DNA from: Acidimicrobiales bacterium
Lineage (GTDB): Bacteria; Actinomycetota; Acidimicrobiia; Acidimicrobiales; Poriferisodalaceae
Direction of reading: 5' to 3'
Assembly (NCBI GenBank): GCA_965213585.1
Contig: CBDBZP010000005.1
Coordinates: 1,329,376 to 1,393,375 of the forward strand
Length of the DNA stretch: 64,000 nt
Shown: one piece after another, positions 47,169 to 56,391 of the stretch
How positions within the stretch are numbered: position 1 is the first letter of the stretch
How the letters are laid out: every line of letters begins with the position of its first letter
Program-made: the position numbers and the translations under genes
The notes under the pieces: model-generated
The model's input: the letters and a program-made list of their open reading frames with translations, nothing else
What the model was told of the DNA's origin: nothing
Database searches by the model: none

Positions 47169-47188
47169 TGTCCCATCAGTTGTCCCAT
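47169..47188. repeat. Two TGTCCCAT motifs (47169, 47181)
   Basis: tgtcccatcagttgtcccatcaa is homologous to 44775-44797. Confidence 0.6.
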
Positions 47189-47294
47189 CAACTCGGCGGC
47201 ATGGGCTCGGACGGGGGCGGATGGGAAAGCGCTGGGAGTGGACTTGACCTGGTCAAACAGGACGGGCCCGGACTGGACGGACGGCTCGGCGGAC

Positions 47295-47341
47295 ACTTCC
47301 CATCCGACGGGTCGCAGGTTCGAATCCTGCCGGGGGCGCCA
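47295..47341 (+). repeat. Second tRNA 3'-half-like sequence, ending in CCA (putative outer att/original tRNA 3' end)
   Basis: acttcccatccgacgggtcgcaggttcgaatcctgccgggggcgcca. I could not fold an acceptor 5' strand (gcccccg), D-arm or anticodon stem upstream, so it is not called as a tRNA gene. Confidence 0.6.
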
Positions 47342-47394
47342 GTCGAGTGGCGGCGGCTCCCTGGCCGGATATCAGATCGGATAAGATTCGGACG

Positions 47395-48078
47395 GTGACC
47401 GCTCCCGTCCCTCGCTTGGCCGAGGTCCTGGCCAGCGCCGCCCGGCTTCAGGAGATCGTGCCCGGAGCCGTCCTGGTCGGGGGTACCGCTGCGGCCCATT
47501 ACGCAGGACACCGCCTGTCGACGGATCACGACCACGTCGTCGCCGACCTGGCCGACCGGTTCGAGACGGTCCTCGCCAACCTCGAGGCGTTGGGTGACTG
47601 GACCACGGCGCGGGCCCAGGCGGGTCGGATCATCCTCGGTGAGCTGGGCGGAATCGAGACGGGGATCAGACAGCTACGGCGGAGCCGCCCCCTCGAGGTG
47701 GAACAGGTCGAGATCGGTGGACGCCCCCTGACCGTTCCCACCGCGACGGAGACGCTGCGCGTCAAGGCATGGCTCGCGCTGACCCGCAACCAGACCCGCG
47801 ACTACCTCGACATCGCCGCCCTGGCGACACTGATCGGCCCGTCTGCGGCGGCGGCAACCCTGGCTGCCATGGACGACTACTACGCCGACGTCTACGAGGG
47901 TGACGATCGCGTTGCCACGCAGGTCGCTCGACAGCTCGCCGACCCCCGGCCCCGTGACGAGAGGACGGTCGACAGCCTGCGGACCTATCGCCGCCTCGAT
48001 CCGCGCTGGCACCGCTGGGACGACGTGGTCGCCGTGACGCGCGACGTGGCGCGCTCGATGCTGGAGGTGGAGCCGTGA
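47395..48078 (+). CDS. AbiEii/AbiGii-like nucleotidyltransferase (putative type IV toxin); start uncertain
   Basis: AVLVGGTAAAHYAGHRLSTDHDHVVADL fits the GGTA...R-S-D-D pattern of the family. Confidence 0.55.
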   Translation: MTAPVPRLAEVLASAARLQEIVPGAVLVGGTAAAHYAGHRLSTDHDHVVADLADRFETVLANLEALGDWTTARAQAGRIILGELGGIETGIRQLRRSRPLEVEQVEIGGRPLTVPTATETLRVKAWLALTRNQTRDYLDIAALATLIGPSAAAATLAAMDDYYADVYEGDDRVATQVARQLADPRPRDERTVDSLRTYRRLDPRWHRWDDVVAVTRDVARSMLEVEP

Positions 48079-48560
48079 GCGCACCGACCCCGACCAGCCG
48101 GCTTCGCTTCCGCAACGTCGACGTCGATCCGGACGAGCCCGTCGCCGGCTGGCCACACGAGGCGATCCACACCGCCCTCGAACGGGGCACGCTCGCCGAC
48201 TGGCGGCGCATCGCCGCCGAGATCCGCCGCTCGCCCTGGGGGCCGGTGGCCCGCACGGTCGAGGGCATCGTGGCGTGGGGCGAGCTGTACGGCGTCGATC
48301 CCCTCATGGCAGCCGTCATGGAGCGGGCCCGCGCCGAGGTCACGATGGCCGGCCGTCGCCGCTTCGCCGACCACCTCCGAGCGCAGCGCGAGCACTCGGG
48401 TCTGACGCTGCGCGAGCTCGCCGCCCTCGCCGGCACCAGCGCCTCCCGCCTCAGCGCCTACGAGAACGCGCGGGTCTCGCCGACCACCGACGTGGTGGCC
48501 CGGCTCGAGCACGCCGCTGCCGTGGCCCGGCCGGGCGTGGGGACCGGCGCCGACCCGTAG
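48075..48560 (+). CDS. XRE-family HTH protein coupled to the NTase gene
   Basis: GTGA overlap. C-terminal LTLRELAALAGTSASRLSAYENARVSPTTDVVARL. Confidence 0.7.
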   Translation: MSAPTPTSRLRFRNVDVDPDEPVAGWPHEAIHTALERGTLADWRRIAAEIRRSPWGPVARTVEGIVAWGELYGVDPLMAAVMERARAEVTMAGRRRFADHLRAQREHSGLTLRELAALAGTSASRLSAYENARVSPTTDVVARLEHAAAVARPGVGTGADP

Positions 48561-48565
48561 AGTCC

Positions 48566-49786
48566 GTGGGCGTGGAGGGGGGCGTCGACTCGGCCCGGGC
48601 GTGGCGGGTGGCCACGGCGGCATCGGTGATCGTCGGGGTCTCGTTCGGCACGATCTACTCGTTCGGGGCCTTCTTCGACGCCATGGCCGACGAGTTCGCC
48701 GCCGGGCTCGGCACCACCTCCATCGTGTTCAGCGTCACCGTGTTCCTCTTCTTCGGGACCGGTGCGGCGTCCGGGTTCGCCGCCGACCGCTGGGGCGCAC
48801 GGCCCCTCGTGTGGGTGGGCGGCGCCATGTTCGCCGCCGGGCTGGCCGCCACGTCACAGGTGACGGCGCTCTGGCAGGGACACCTCACCTACGGGCTCGG
48901 GCTCGGCCTGGGGGGCGGGCTGTTCCTGTCACCGCTGTTCGCCATCTCGGCCGCCTGGTTCGACCGCCGGCGGGCCGTGGCGCAGGGCCTCGTGGCCACG
49001 GGCAGCGGGCTCGGCACCCTGCTCCTGCTGCCACTCGCCGAGCGGGTGATCGACGGTGCGGGATGGCGCGACGCCTACCTCGTCCTGGCCGCCATCACGG
49101 CGGTGACGTTCCTCGTCGGCGGCGTCCTGATCGAGCGGCCGCCGGTACCGCCGGCCCGCCCCGGGTTCGCCCGGGTGAGGGCGGTGCTGACCACCCGGGC
49201 GTTTCGTCGCCTCGGCCTCGCCGGCACCCTGCAGTCGGGCTCGATGCTGTCGGCCTTCGCCTTCCTCGTCCCCTTCACGACCGACGACGGGGTCAGCTCG
49301 TCGACGGCCGCGCTGCTGGTCGGACTCATCGGGGCGTCGAGCATCGTCGGGCGGCTGGCGCTGACGGGTCTCGCCGGACAGGTCGGCCCCGTGCGCATGC
49401 TCCAGCTGTCGTTCGTCGTGCAGCCGATGGCCTTCCTCATCTGGTGGCTGGCCGGCGACAGCGTGCCGCTCCTCGTGCTCTTCGTGGTCGTGTTGGGCGT
49501 CGCCTACGGCGGGTTCGTGGCGCTGATCGGCGTCGTCACCGCCCACCTCTTCGGCGTCGAGGGGCTCGGCGCCATCATGGGCTGGGTCTACCTCGCCGGC
49601 GGGGCCGGGAGCCTCGTCTTCCCGCCCCTCGTCGGCTTCATCGCCGACGCCAGCTCGACCCACACGCCACCGATCCTCACCGCCGCCCTGCTCTCGGCCG
49701 TCGGGGCGGCGGTGCTGCTCGGACTGCAACGGGAGCCGGTCGGTGACCCCGGACCAGTAGTTGCCGCCGCCCCCCCGGCGTGGTAA
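48566..49786 (+). CDS. MFS transporter
   Basis: About 12 hydrophobic segments. The start is GTG 48566 or 48572. Confidence 0.8.
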   Translation: MGVEGGVDSARAWRVATAASVIVGVSFGTIYSFGAFFDAMADEFAAGLGTTSIVFSVTVFLFFGTGAASGFAADRWGARPLVWVGGAMFAAGLAATSQVTALWQGHLTYGLGLGLGGGLFLSPLFAISAAWFDRRRAVAQGLVATGSGLGTLLLLPLAERVIDGAGWRDAYLVLAAITAVTFLVGGVLIERPPVPPARPGFARVRAVLTTRAFRRLGLAGTLQSGSMLSAFAFLVPFTTDDGVSSSTAALLVGLIGASSIVGRLALTGLAGQVGPVRMLQLSFVVQPMAFLIWWLAGDSVPLLVLFVVVLGVAYGGFVALIGVVTAHLFGVEGLGAIMGWVYLAGGAGSLVFPPLVGFIADASSTHTPPILTAALLSAVGAAVLLGLQREPVGDPGPVVAAAPPAW

Positions 49787-49796
49787 CAGAGCGATC

Positions 49797-50984
49797 ATGA
49801 CCATCCATGACGGGATCGACTGGTCCACCGACTTCGACGTCGGGGACCCGGGTTACCAGGCCGACCCGTTCGAGGTCTGGGACGAGCTGCGGGCGACGTG
49901 TCCGGTGGCCCGCACGCAGCGCCGGGGCGGCGCCGTCCTGCTCACCCGCTACGACGACATCGCCGCCGTCGCCCACGACGTCGAGACCTTCTCCAACGTC
50001 GATCCGAGCGTGCTCCCGCTCGTGCCCGGGGCGGGGCTCCTGACGGCGCCTCCCATCACGTCGGATCCGCCCTTCCACACCGAGTCCCGGCGGATCCTGC
50101 TGCCCTTCTTCAGCCCCCGGGCCGTGGATCAGCTGGAGCCGGCCACACGGGACATCTGTGACGCCCTCGTGGACGAGCTGGCCGGCTGCGACACCGCCGA
50201 CGCCGCCGCCGACTACGCCCGCCACATCCCGGTGCGGGTCATCGCCCACATGCTGGGCGTTCCGCCCGCCGAGGAGGACCGCTTCACCGACTGGGCCGTG
50301 CGGATCTTCCAGGGCGGAACGGAGGACCAGAGGGTCATCCGCGCCGCCGTCCGGGAGGTCCTCGCCTACTTCGCCGAGCAGGTCGAGTCCCGGCGGGTCG
50401 AACCCCGCGACGATCTGATCAGCCACCTGCTGGAGGCCGAGCTGGACGGCGCGCCGTTGACCGACCGGCACATCCTCGGGTCGTGCTTCCTCCTGCTCCT
50501 GGCCGGGATCGACACGACCTGGTCGGCCATCGGGTCGAGCCTGTGGCACCTGGCCGCCCACCCCGCCGACCGCGACCGTCTCGTGGAGGACCCCGGCGCC
50601 ATCCCCACCGCCGTCGAGGAGCTGCTGCGGGCCTACGCCCCCGTCACCATGGCCCGGGTCACCACCACCGACACCGAGATCGCCGGCTGCCCGGTCGGCG
50701 CCGACGACAAGGTGCTGCTCTCGTTCCCGGCCGGCAACCGCGACCCGGACCGGTTCGACCGGGCCGACGAGGTCGTGATCGACCGGGAGCGCAACCGCCA
50801 CTTCGCCTTCGGGATCGGCATCCACCGCTGCATCGGCTCCAACGTGGCCCGCATGGAGCTGCGTGTCGCGCTCGAGACCTGGCTGGCCCGCTTCCCCCGC
50901 TTCACCCTCCGGCCCGGTGCCGAGGTGCGCTGGAACGGCGTGCAGGTGCGCGGTCCCCGGGAGGTGCCCGTCACGCTGGGCTGA
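49797..50984 (+). CDS. Cytochrome P450
   Basis: Heme loop FGIGIHRCIGSNVA. I-helix LLLLAGIDTT. EELLR motif. Confidence 0.9.
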   Translation: MTIHDGIDWSTDFDVGDPGYQADPFEVWDELRATCPVARTQRRGGAVLLTRYDDIAAVAHDVETFSNVDPSVLPLVPGAGLLTAPPITSDPPFHTESRRILLPFFSPRAVDQLEPATRDICDALVDELAGCDTADAAADYARHIPVRVIAHMLGVPPAEEDRFTDWAVRIFQGGTEDQRVIRAAVREVLAYFAEQVESRRVEPRDDLISHLLEAELDGAPLTDRHILGSCFLLLLAGIDTTWSAIGSSLWHLAAHPADRDRLVEDPGAIPTAVEELLRAYAPVTMARVTTTDTEIAGCPVGADDKVLLSFPAGNRDPDRFDRADEVVIDRERNRHFAFGIGIHRCIGSNVARMELRVALETWLARFPRFTLRPGAEVRWNGVQVRGPREVPVTLG

Positions 50985-51011
50985 CGGCACCCGATCTGGG
51001 AGGCTGGCGGC

Positions 51012-51905
51012 GTGACCAGCGCCCGCACCCATGACCCCGCCGGGGCGACCGGACGTGACCTCCGGTTCCACCCGGCCGACCCCTCCGCGGCCCGGACGCT
51101 GACGGTCGACCAGATCGACCACTACAACGCCGCCGGCTTCGTGGCCCCCGTCACCGTGTACGGCCCGGAGGAGGCGGCCCGCCTCCGCGCCTACGTGGAC
51201 GACCTGCTCGCCGCCGTGCTCGGCGCCGCCGACCGCCGCAACTCCTACTCCGTCAACAGCTACCACGTGGTCTGCGCCGGCCTGTGGGACATCGTCACCG
51301 AGCCCCGCATCGTGGCGCTGGCGCAGGACATCCTCGGCCCGGGGCTCGTCTGCTGGGGCTCGCACCTGTTCGCCAAGCTCCCCGACGACGGCAAGGTCGT
51401 CCCGTTCCACCAGGACGGCATCTACTGGCCGCTCACCCCGTCGCGCTCGGTCACCGTCTGGCTGGCCATCGACGATGCCGACGCCGGCAACGCCGCCATG
51501 CAGTTCGTCCCGGGGAGCCACACCGTCGGTCCGATCGAGCACGAGGGCCTGGCCCTCGACGGCAGCCGGGTCCTCGGGCACCAGGCCACCGGCATGGCGT
51601 CCCGGCCGGAGCGTTACGTGAACACGCTCGCCGCCGGCCAGGCGTCGCTGCACAGCGACCTGCTCCTGCACGGTTCCGACGCCAACGGGTCCGACCGTCG
51701 CCGCGCCGGCCTGACCCTGCGGTACGCAGCGGCCGACGTCCGCCTCATCGACGGCTACGACGTGTGGCGCAAGAGCGCCGTGCACGTCGGCGACGGTGAT
51801 CCGTCCGGGTTCTGGTACGACCGGGCGCGACCCGACGGTGAGCACCCTGATCGCATGGCCGACTTCTGGGGTGAGTTCGACGGCCAGCCCCTCCCGACGG
51901 GTTGA
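51012..51905 (+). CDS. Phytanoyl-CoA dioxygenase (PhyH) family Fe(II)/2OG oxygenase
   Basis: VPFHQDGIYWPL and FVPGSH ... LHGSDAN pattern. Confidence 0.75.
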   Translation: MTSARTHDPAGATGRDLRFHPADPSAARTLTVDQIDHYNAAGFVAPVTVYGPEEAARLRAYVDDLLAAVLGAADRRNSYSVNSYHVVCAGLWDIVTEPRIVALAQDILGPGLVCWGSHLFAKLPDDGKVVPFHQDGIYWPLTPSRSVTVWLAIDDADAGNAAMQFVPGSHTVGPIEHEGLALDGSRVLGHQATGMASRPERYVNTLAAGQASLHSDLLLHGSDANGSDRRRAGLTLRYAAADVRLIDGYDVWRKSAVHVGDGDPSGFWYDRARPDGEHPDRMADFWGEFDGQPLPTG

Positions 51906-53110
51906 TCGGAGTGCCGGCCGGTCTGACCGGAGACGGGTTCACGGTCGCCGTCGGGGAGGAGACGTCGGACCCGCTCGTCCTGCGCCGGGGGGTCGAGCAC
52001 CGGGTCGACGAGCTGGCCGACAGCGAGCACCTCGACCGCCTCGACGCCGACCTCGCCGACGTGGCCGCCCTCGGCGTGACCGTCGTCCGCTACGGCATGC
52101 CGTGGCGGCTGACCGAGCCCACGCCCGGAACCTACGACTGGTCGTGGTGGGACCGTGCCCTCGCCGCCTGTGACCGCCACGGTCTCGACCCGGTCGTCGA
52201 CCTGTGCCACTTCGGCCTGCCCGACCACCACCGGGGGTTCTGCCATCCGGCCTGGGTCGACGGTTTCGTCCGCTACGTCGAGGCGTTCCTGGCCCGGTAT
52301 CCGGAGCCGACGATGTTCTGCCTCGTCAACGAGCCGCACACGACGGCGCTGTTCTCGGGCCGCCTGGGGTTGTGGAACGACCGGCGGCGCAGCCCGGAGG
52401 ACTTCGCACTCGCACTCGCGCACTGCGCCCTCGCCAACCTGGAGGGCTTGACCCGGGTCCGCTCCGACCGGGACGGCTGGTGGGTCGGCGCCGAGGCCGT
52501 GACCTGCCCGGCCGTCGACGTCGACCGGCTCGACGACCGGACCCGTCGTCAGGTGGCGCTGGCCCGGGCCACATGGGACCTGCACCTCGGCCACCCCCTC
52601 GACCCGGAGCTGGAGTCGGTTTTCGCGGCGGTGCCCGACACCGTCCGGGCGCGCCTCGACGAGCTGGCCACCACCGACCACGTCGTCGCCGGCCACGACC
52701 TCTACCCGGTGTCGGTGGTGGGCGGTACCGGACCCTCCCGGACCGACCGGGTCGACGCGTACCGGCGCTGGGCCACGGACTGGTGGGAGCGGTACCGCGT
52801 GCCGTTCTGGGTGGCGGAGACGTCGAACCTCGGCCTGCCCGTCGCCGAGCAGGTGGGCTGGCTCGACGACCTGACCGACGGCCTCCGGCGGCTCCGGGAC
52901 GACGGTCTGCCGGTGCGGGGCCTCTGCTGGTACAGCCGGGGCGACCAGTTCGACTGGCAGACGGCGCTGGTGGAGCCGACCGGCGCCGTCACCGAGGTGG
53001 GCCTGTTCGACCAGGAGCGGCGGCCCCGCCCCGTGGCCGGACGGCTGGCCCGGCTGGCCCGCGACCGTGACTGGTGGAACGGGCCGCCACGGCCGAGACT
53101 GGTGAGGTGA
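51902..53110 (+). CDS. GH1-like TIM-barrel glycosyl hydrolase family protein
   Basis: VVRYGMPWRL, LVNEPHT and FWVAETS (candidate acid/base and nucleophile Glu). Confidence 0.55.
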   Translation: MIGVPAGLTGDGFTVAVGEETSDPLVLRRGVEHRVDELADSEHLDRLDADLADVAALGVTVVRYGMPWRLTEPTPGTYDWSWWDRALAACDRHGLDPVVDLCHFGLPDHHRGFCHPAWVDGFVRYVEAFLARYPEPTMFCLVNEPHTTALFSGRLGLWNDRRRSPEDFALALAHCALANLEGLTRVRSDRDGWWVGAEAVTCPAVDVDRLDDRTRRQVALARATWDLHLGHPLDPELESVFAAVPDTVRARLDELATTDHVVAGHDLYPVSVVGGTGPSRTDRVDAYRRWATDWWERYRVPFWVAETSNLGLPVAEQVGWLDDLTDGLRRLRDDGLPVRGLCWYSRGDQFDWQTALVEPTGAVTEVGLFDQERRPRPVAGRLARLARDRDWWNGPPRPRLVR

Positions 53111-53457
53111 CCAGCGCCACCCGGGCCCCGGGCCCCGGCCCGACCCCCGAACCCGTCGCCGCCGACGACGACGCCCAGCGGGTCTTCAGCACCTCGATCG
53201 TCATCTCGGCCATCCGCTGCACCCTGACCTACGTCATCTTCCCGTTCGTGGCCCCCCTCGTCGGCATCGCCTCCGGGGTCGGGCCCACGGTCGGCATCGT
53301 GGTGGGGACGGTGGCCATCGCCTTCAACGTGCTCAGCATCCGCCGGTTCTGGCGGGCTCGGCACCCCTGGCGACTTCCGGTGACGGCCCTGAACGCAGGG
53401 ATCATCGTGTTGCTGGTAATCCTCGTGGTCATCGACATCGGAAGTCTCACCGGCTGA
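53107..53457 (+). CDS. Small membrane protein, hypothetical
   Basis: GTGA overlap. Three hydrophobic segments. Confidence 0.5.
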   Translation: MTSATRAPGPGPTPEPVAADDDAQRVFSTSIVISAIRCTLTYVIFPFVAPLVGIASGVGPTVGIVVGTVAIAFNVLSIRRFWRARHPWRLPVTALNAGIIVLLVILVVIDIGSLTG

Positions 53458-53486
53458 GGCTCCGGTGAACCAGCGGGGAGCGGGTC

Positions 53487-54353
53487 ATGGACGAGTCAGG
53501 GACGCAGACCGGAGGGTCGTCGCGACGCCGCCGTGCGGTGGCGATCGGCGCCGGGGTGGTGGTGCTGGCCCTGATCGCAGCGGGCGTCGGCATCTGGTGG
53601 TTCTTCCGGGACGACGCGCCCGACGAGGTGGCCCTCGAGGCCGGGGTGGTGGCGGCCGAGCAGGCGCAGGCCACGACGGCCCCCGTGACCTCCGCCGCGA
53701 CGGTGGCCAGCACCGACCCGCCGGCGACATCGGCCGTCGAGGAGGTCGCAGCGACGGCCGACCCCCCGGTGACGACGGCCGCGGCCGTCGAGGGCATCGA
53801 GGGGATCTGGACGGTCGACACGTCGCTCGGTGAGTTCGACTTCGAGTCGGCCACCGGCAGCTTCGTCGGGTTCCGGGTGCAGGAGGAGCTGCGTGGCATC
53901 GGCTCGACCACCGCCGTCGGTCGGACCGGGGCGGTCGAGGGCACCATCGAGATCGCCGGCACCACCGTCGACTCGGCCCGGATCGAGGCCGACCTGAGCC
54001 AGCTCGGCACGAACGACTCCCGCCGCGACCGGGCGGCGCGGGGGGCGCTCAACGCCGACGAGCACCCGCTCGCCACGTTCGTCCTCACCGAGCCGATCGA
54101 GCTGGGGGAGCCCGCCGTCGGAGGCGACCCGGTCACGACCACGGCGGTGGGCGACCTCACCGTCAACGACGTCACGAGCTCCGTCACGATCCCGGTCGAG
54201 GCCCAGCTCGTCGACGCCGTCATCGTCGTGGTCGGCTCCCTCGACGTGGTGTTCTCCGACTACGACGTGGCCGTCCCCGAGGCCCCCATCGTCGTGAGCG
54301 CCGAGGACGAGGGGATCATGGAGCTCCAGCTCCTCTTCACCCGCGGCGACTGA
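53487..54353 (+). CDS. YceI-family protein with an N-terminal membrane anchor
   Basis: WTVDTSLGEFDFESATGSFVGFRV...TNDSRRDRAARGALNADEHPLATF...GDLTVNDVTSSV. Confidence 0.8.
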   Translation: MDESGTQTGGSSRRRRAVAIGAGVVVLALIAAGVGIWWFFRDDAPDEVALEAGVVAAEQAQATTAPVTSAATVASTDPPATSAVEEVAATADPPVTTAAAVEGIEGIWTVDTSLGEFDFESATGSFVGFRVQEELRGIGSTTAVGRTGAVEGTIEIAGTTVDSARIEADLSQLGTNDSRRDRAARGALNADEHPLATFVLTEPIELGEPAVGGDPVTTTAVGDLTVNDVTSSVTIPVEAQLVDAVIVVVGSLDVVFSDYDVAVPEAPIVVSAEDEGIMELQLLFTRGD

Positions 54354-54393
54354 CACGGGCAGGTGCCGCCGAGCGGCCACCCTGCCCGTGTCA
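54351..54393. terminator. 13-bp-stem hairpin between convergent genes (likely bidirectional terminator)
   Basis: tgacacgggcagg, then a 17-nt loop, then cctgcccgtgtca. Lies between the stops at 54353 and 54420. Confidence 0.6.
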
Positions 54394-54419
54394 GAGCGTC
54401 GGTCGCGACACCGAGGTGA

Positions 54420-55577
54420 TCAGCTCACGTCGGCTGCGAGCTGACCACGGACCACACCGGCCGGGTGATCGACGGAGTGCACGTTGACGTACACGTTCCC
54501 CTCGGCGATCTCGGCCATGAGGTCACCGACGGAGGCGCCCTGGAGCGGACCGATCAGGCTGGCGTCGGTGATGTCGCCGCTGACGACGATCCGTCCGCTC
54601 CGCGGGTCCGCCGCCGTGTCGAGGAGAATGGCCACGACCGGGCCGTTCTCACCGGGCTGACCGAGGTGCAGGTGAGCGGCGACGACCTCGTCGGCGTCGC
54701 GTACGGCGAGGCGGTACACGACGCCCTCGTTGCGGTCGACCCGCACGGCGGCGTCACCGGTGGTGGGGGTGTCGACCGGGGGGACCTCCGCCGCGCCGGT
54801 CAGATCGGTGGCGAAGCGACGATCGGGCAGCTCGGTGGCCTCGAAGGTGATGGTGGCCACCTGGTAGCCGGGGGCCAGGAAGTCGGCGTCGGCGAACCTC
54901 GGGTCGTCGAGGATGCCGCCGCTGCCGGGCCGGTTCAGGCCACGGTGGAACGCCACGCCGACGTTCTCGAACTGGCCCGTGTCGGGCTCGGTCTGACCGA
55001 AGGCGGCCGTGTTCTCGGGGATCTCGTCGTTCAGCTCCGAGCCGGCGTCGAGCACCATCTCACCGGCGATGGTGATGTCCTCGGCCACGAAGTTGCGGCC
55101 CCGGTCGAAGATCCGGTGGGCGAGCGGGTCGCCGTTGGCCACGAAGGCGTCGTTCGACGGGATCACCATCGAGGCGTAGCTGAAGTAGCGGCTCCGGGCC
55201 AGCGCCGGGTTCAGGATGAACGTGCGCGACGCCGATTCCCCCGGGGCGATCGGCCCGTTCGGGCCGAGAAGCGTGGCGTCGGTGCCGTTGTTGGTGGCGC
55301 CGAACAGGTCGGCGATCGGGCCGGTGTTGCCGTCCTCGGCCAGCCGCTCCAGCTCGGGCGAGATCGGCACGCCCCGGTCGTAGAGGTCGAAGCTGCCCCG
55401 GTGGAAGCCGACCCAGGCCGGCGTGAGCAGCCCGCCGTTCTCCGGCGCCTCGTTGGTGATGGTGACGGTGACGGCGTAGAGCGAGTCGTCGTCGGCCCCC
55501 GCGGCCGGGGCAACGAGGATCGCGGCCACCAACCCCAGGAGGGTGGTGAACAGGACGGTCAGTCGACGGATGGGCAT
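54420..55577 (-). CDS. Secreted spondin_N + CHRD domain protein
   Basis: Start MPIRRLTVLF with a signal peptide. Spondin_N-like LLTPAWVGFHRGSFDLY...SMVIPSNDAFV. CHRD-like AAHLHLGQPGENGPVV...VYVNVHS. Confidence 0.7.
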   Translation of the reverse strand: MPIRRLTVLFTTLLGLVAAILVAPAAGADDDSLYAVTVTITNEAPENGGLLTPAWVGFHRGSFDLYDRGVPISPELERLAEDGNTGPIADLFGATNNGTDATLLGPNGPIAPGESASRTFILNPALARSRYFSYASMVIPSNDAFVANGDPLAHRIFDRGRNFVAEDITIAGEMVLDAGSELNDEIPENTAAFGQTEPDTGQFENVGVAFHRGLNRPGSGGILDDPRFADADFLAPGYQVATITFEATELPDRRFATDLTGAAEVPPVDTPTTGDAAVRVDRNEGVVYRLAVRDADEVVAAHLHLGQPGENGPVVAILLDTAADPRSGRIVVSGDITDASLIGPLQGASVGDLMAEIAEGNVYVNVHSVDHPAGVVRGQLAADVS

Positions 55578-55949
55578 GGCGGCTCCCCTTTCGGATCGTG
55601 TGTGAGCCGCCGACGACAACCACCACCGACCCGGGGCCCACCTCACAGCGGAGCAGTGTTCCGCGCTTGTTCATCCCCGGACGGGGGACGTTCGGCTCAG
55701 GGGGGTCCGATCGCGAGGATGGCGGGGTCGCCCAGCTCCTCCCCGTCGGGGTCCTGGTACAAGACGTTGCCGTCGCGGTCGCGCACCCGGATGGCCCGGT
55801 TGCCCGTCACGACGGTGAAGGTGCGGTCCCTTCACGACCGGTGCTCCTGGCAGCACGACCTGCGCGGGCACCGGCTCCTCGCCGACCTGGAGGACGCCGT
55901 CGGCGCCGCCCGCGACCCCTTCGGCCGGCTCGATGACGGGCCCACCTTC

Positions 55950-56330
55950 GAGGTGGCCGCCACCCGGGCTGAGCCGGGGCGTCTCTACGCCGGCGGGACC
56001 ATGGCCTTCGGTGGCCCGGACGCGCCGGCCGACTCGTTCCCCTCGGTCGCGACCCGACCCGCGACGAGCGGGTGGCCGACGGCCTGGCCCGGCCGGCATC
56101 CGTCCCCGGCGACAGCGCCGTCAGCCGGGCCCACGCCCGCATCGCCGCTGTCCGAGTGGGCCGCCGTGCCCGTCGACGCCGGCTCGGCCAACGGCACGTT
56201 CCACCCCCGCCGGGACGGGGGGAATGGGCCCGCGTCGGACCCGACGACGTGGTGGTGCCCGACAACGACCACCGGATCCGGCTCGGGCCGACACCGAGCT
56301 CGGCTACACCAGGCTCCGGGTCCGCTGACC
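55950..56330 (+). pseudogene. Possible FHA-domain remnant spread over two frames
   Basis: SRAHARI (frame of ORF 56072), DAGSANGTF (frame of ORF 54465), then DDVVVPDNDHRIRLG (frame of 56072 again). These are the three FHA signature blocks, but they do not share one frame. Confidence 0.3.
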
Positions 56331-56391
56331 GTTGCTCAGCCCCGGTGACCGGTGGCGCCCGATCGTCGTGTCGATCCAATAGGTTCGCATC

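Noticed and set aside
47151-47341. Possible intact tRNA or tmRNA-like gene ending in CCA at 47341 (gcccccg at 47152 could pair with cgggggc at 47331).
   Set aside because: The spacing (about 190 nt) is wrong for a tRNA and too short for tmRNA. No D-arm or anticodon stem could be folded. It is treated as a 3'-half repeat only.
55680-55810. Short minus-strand reading TFTVVTGNRAIRVRDRDGNVLYQDPDGEELGDPAILAIGPP-stop upstream of the CHRD gene.
   Set aside because: Only about 40 codons with no clear start. It could be a fragment or a small protein but is unsupported.
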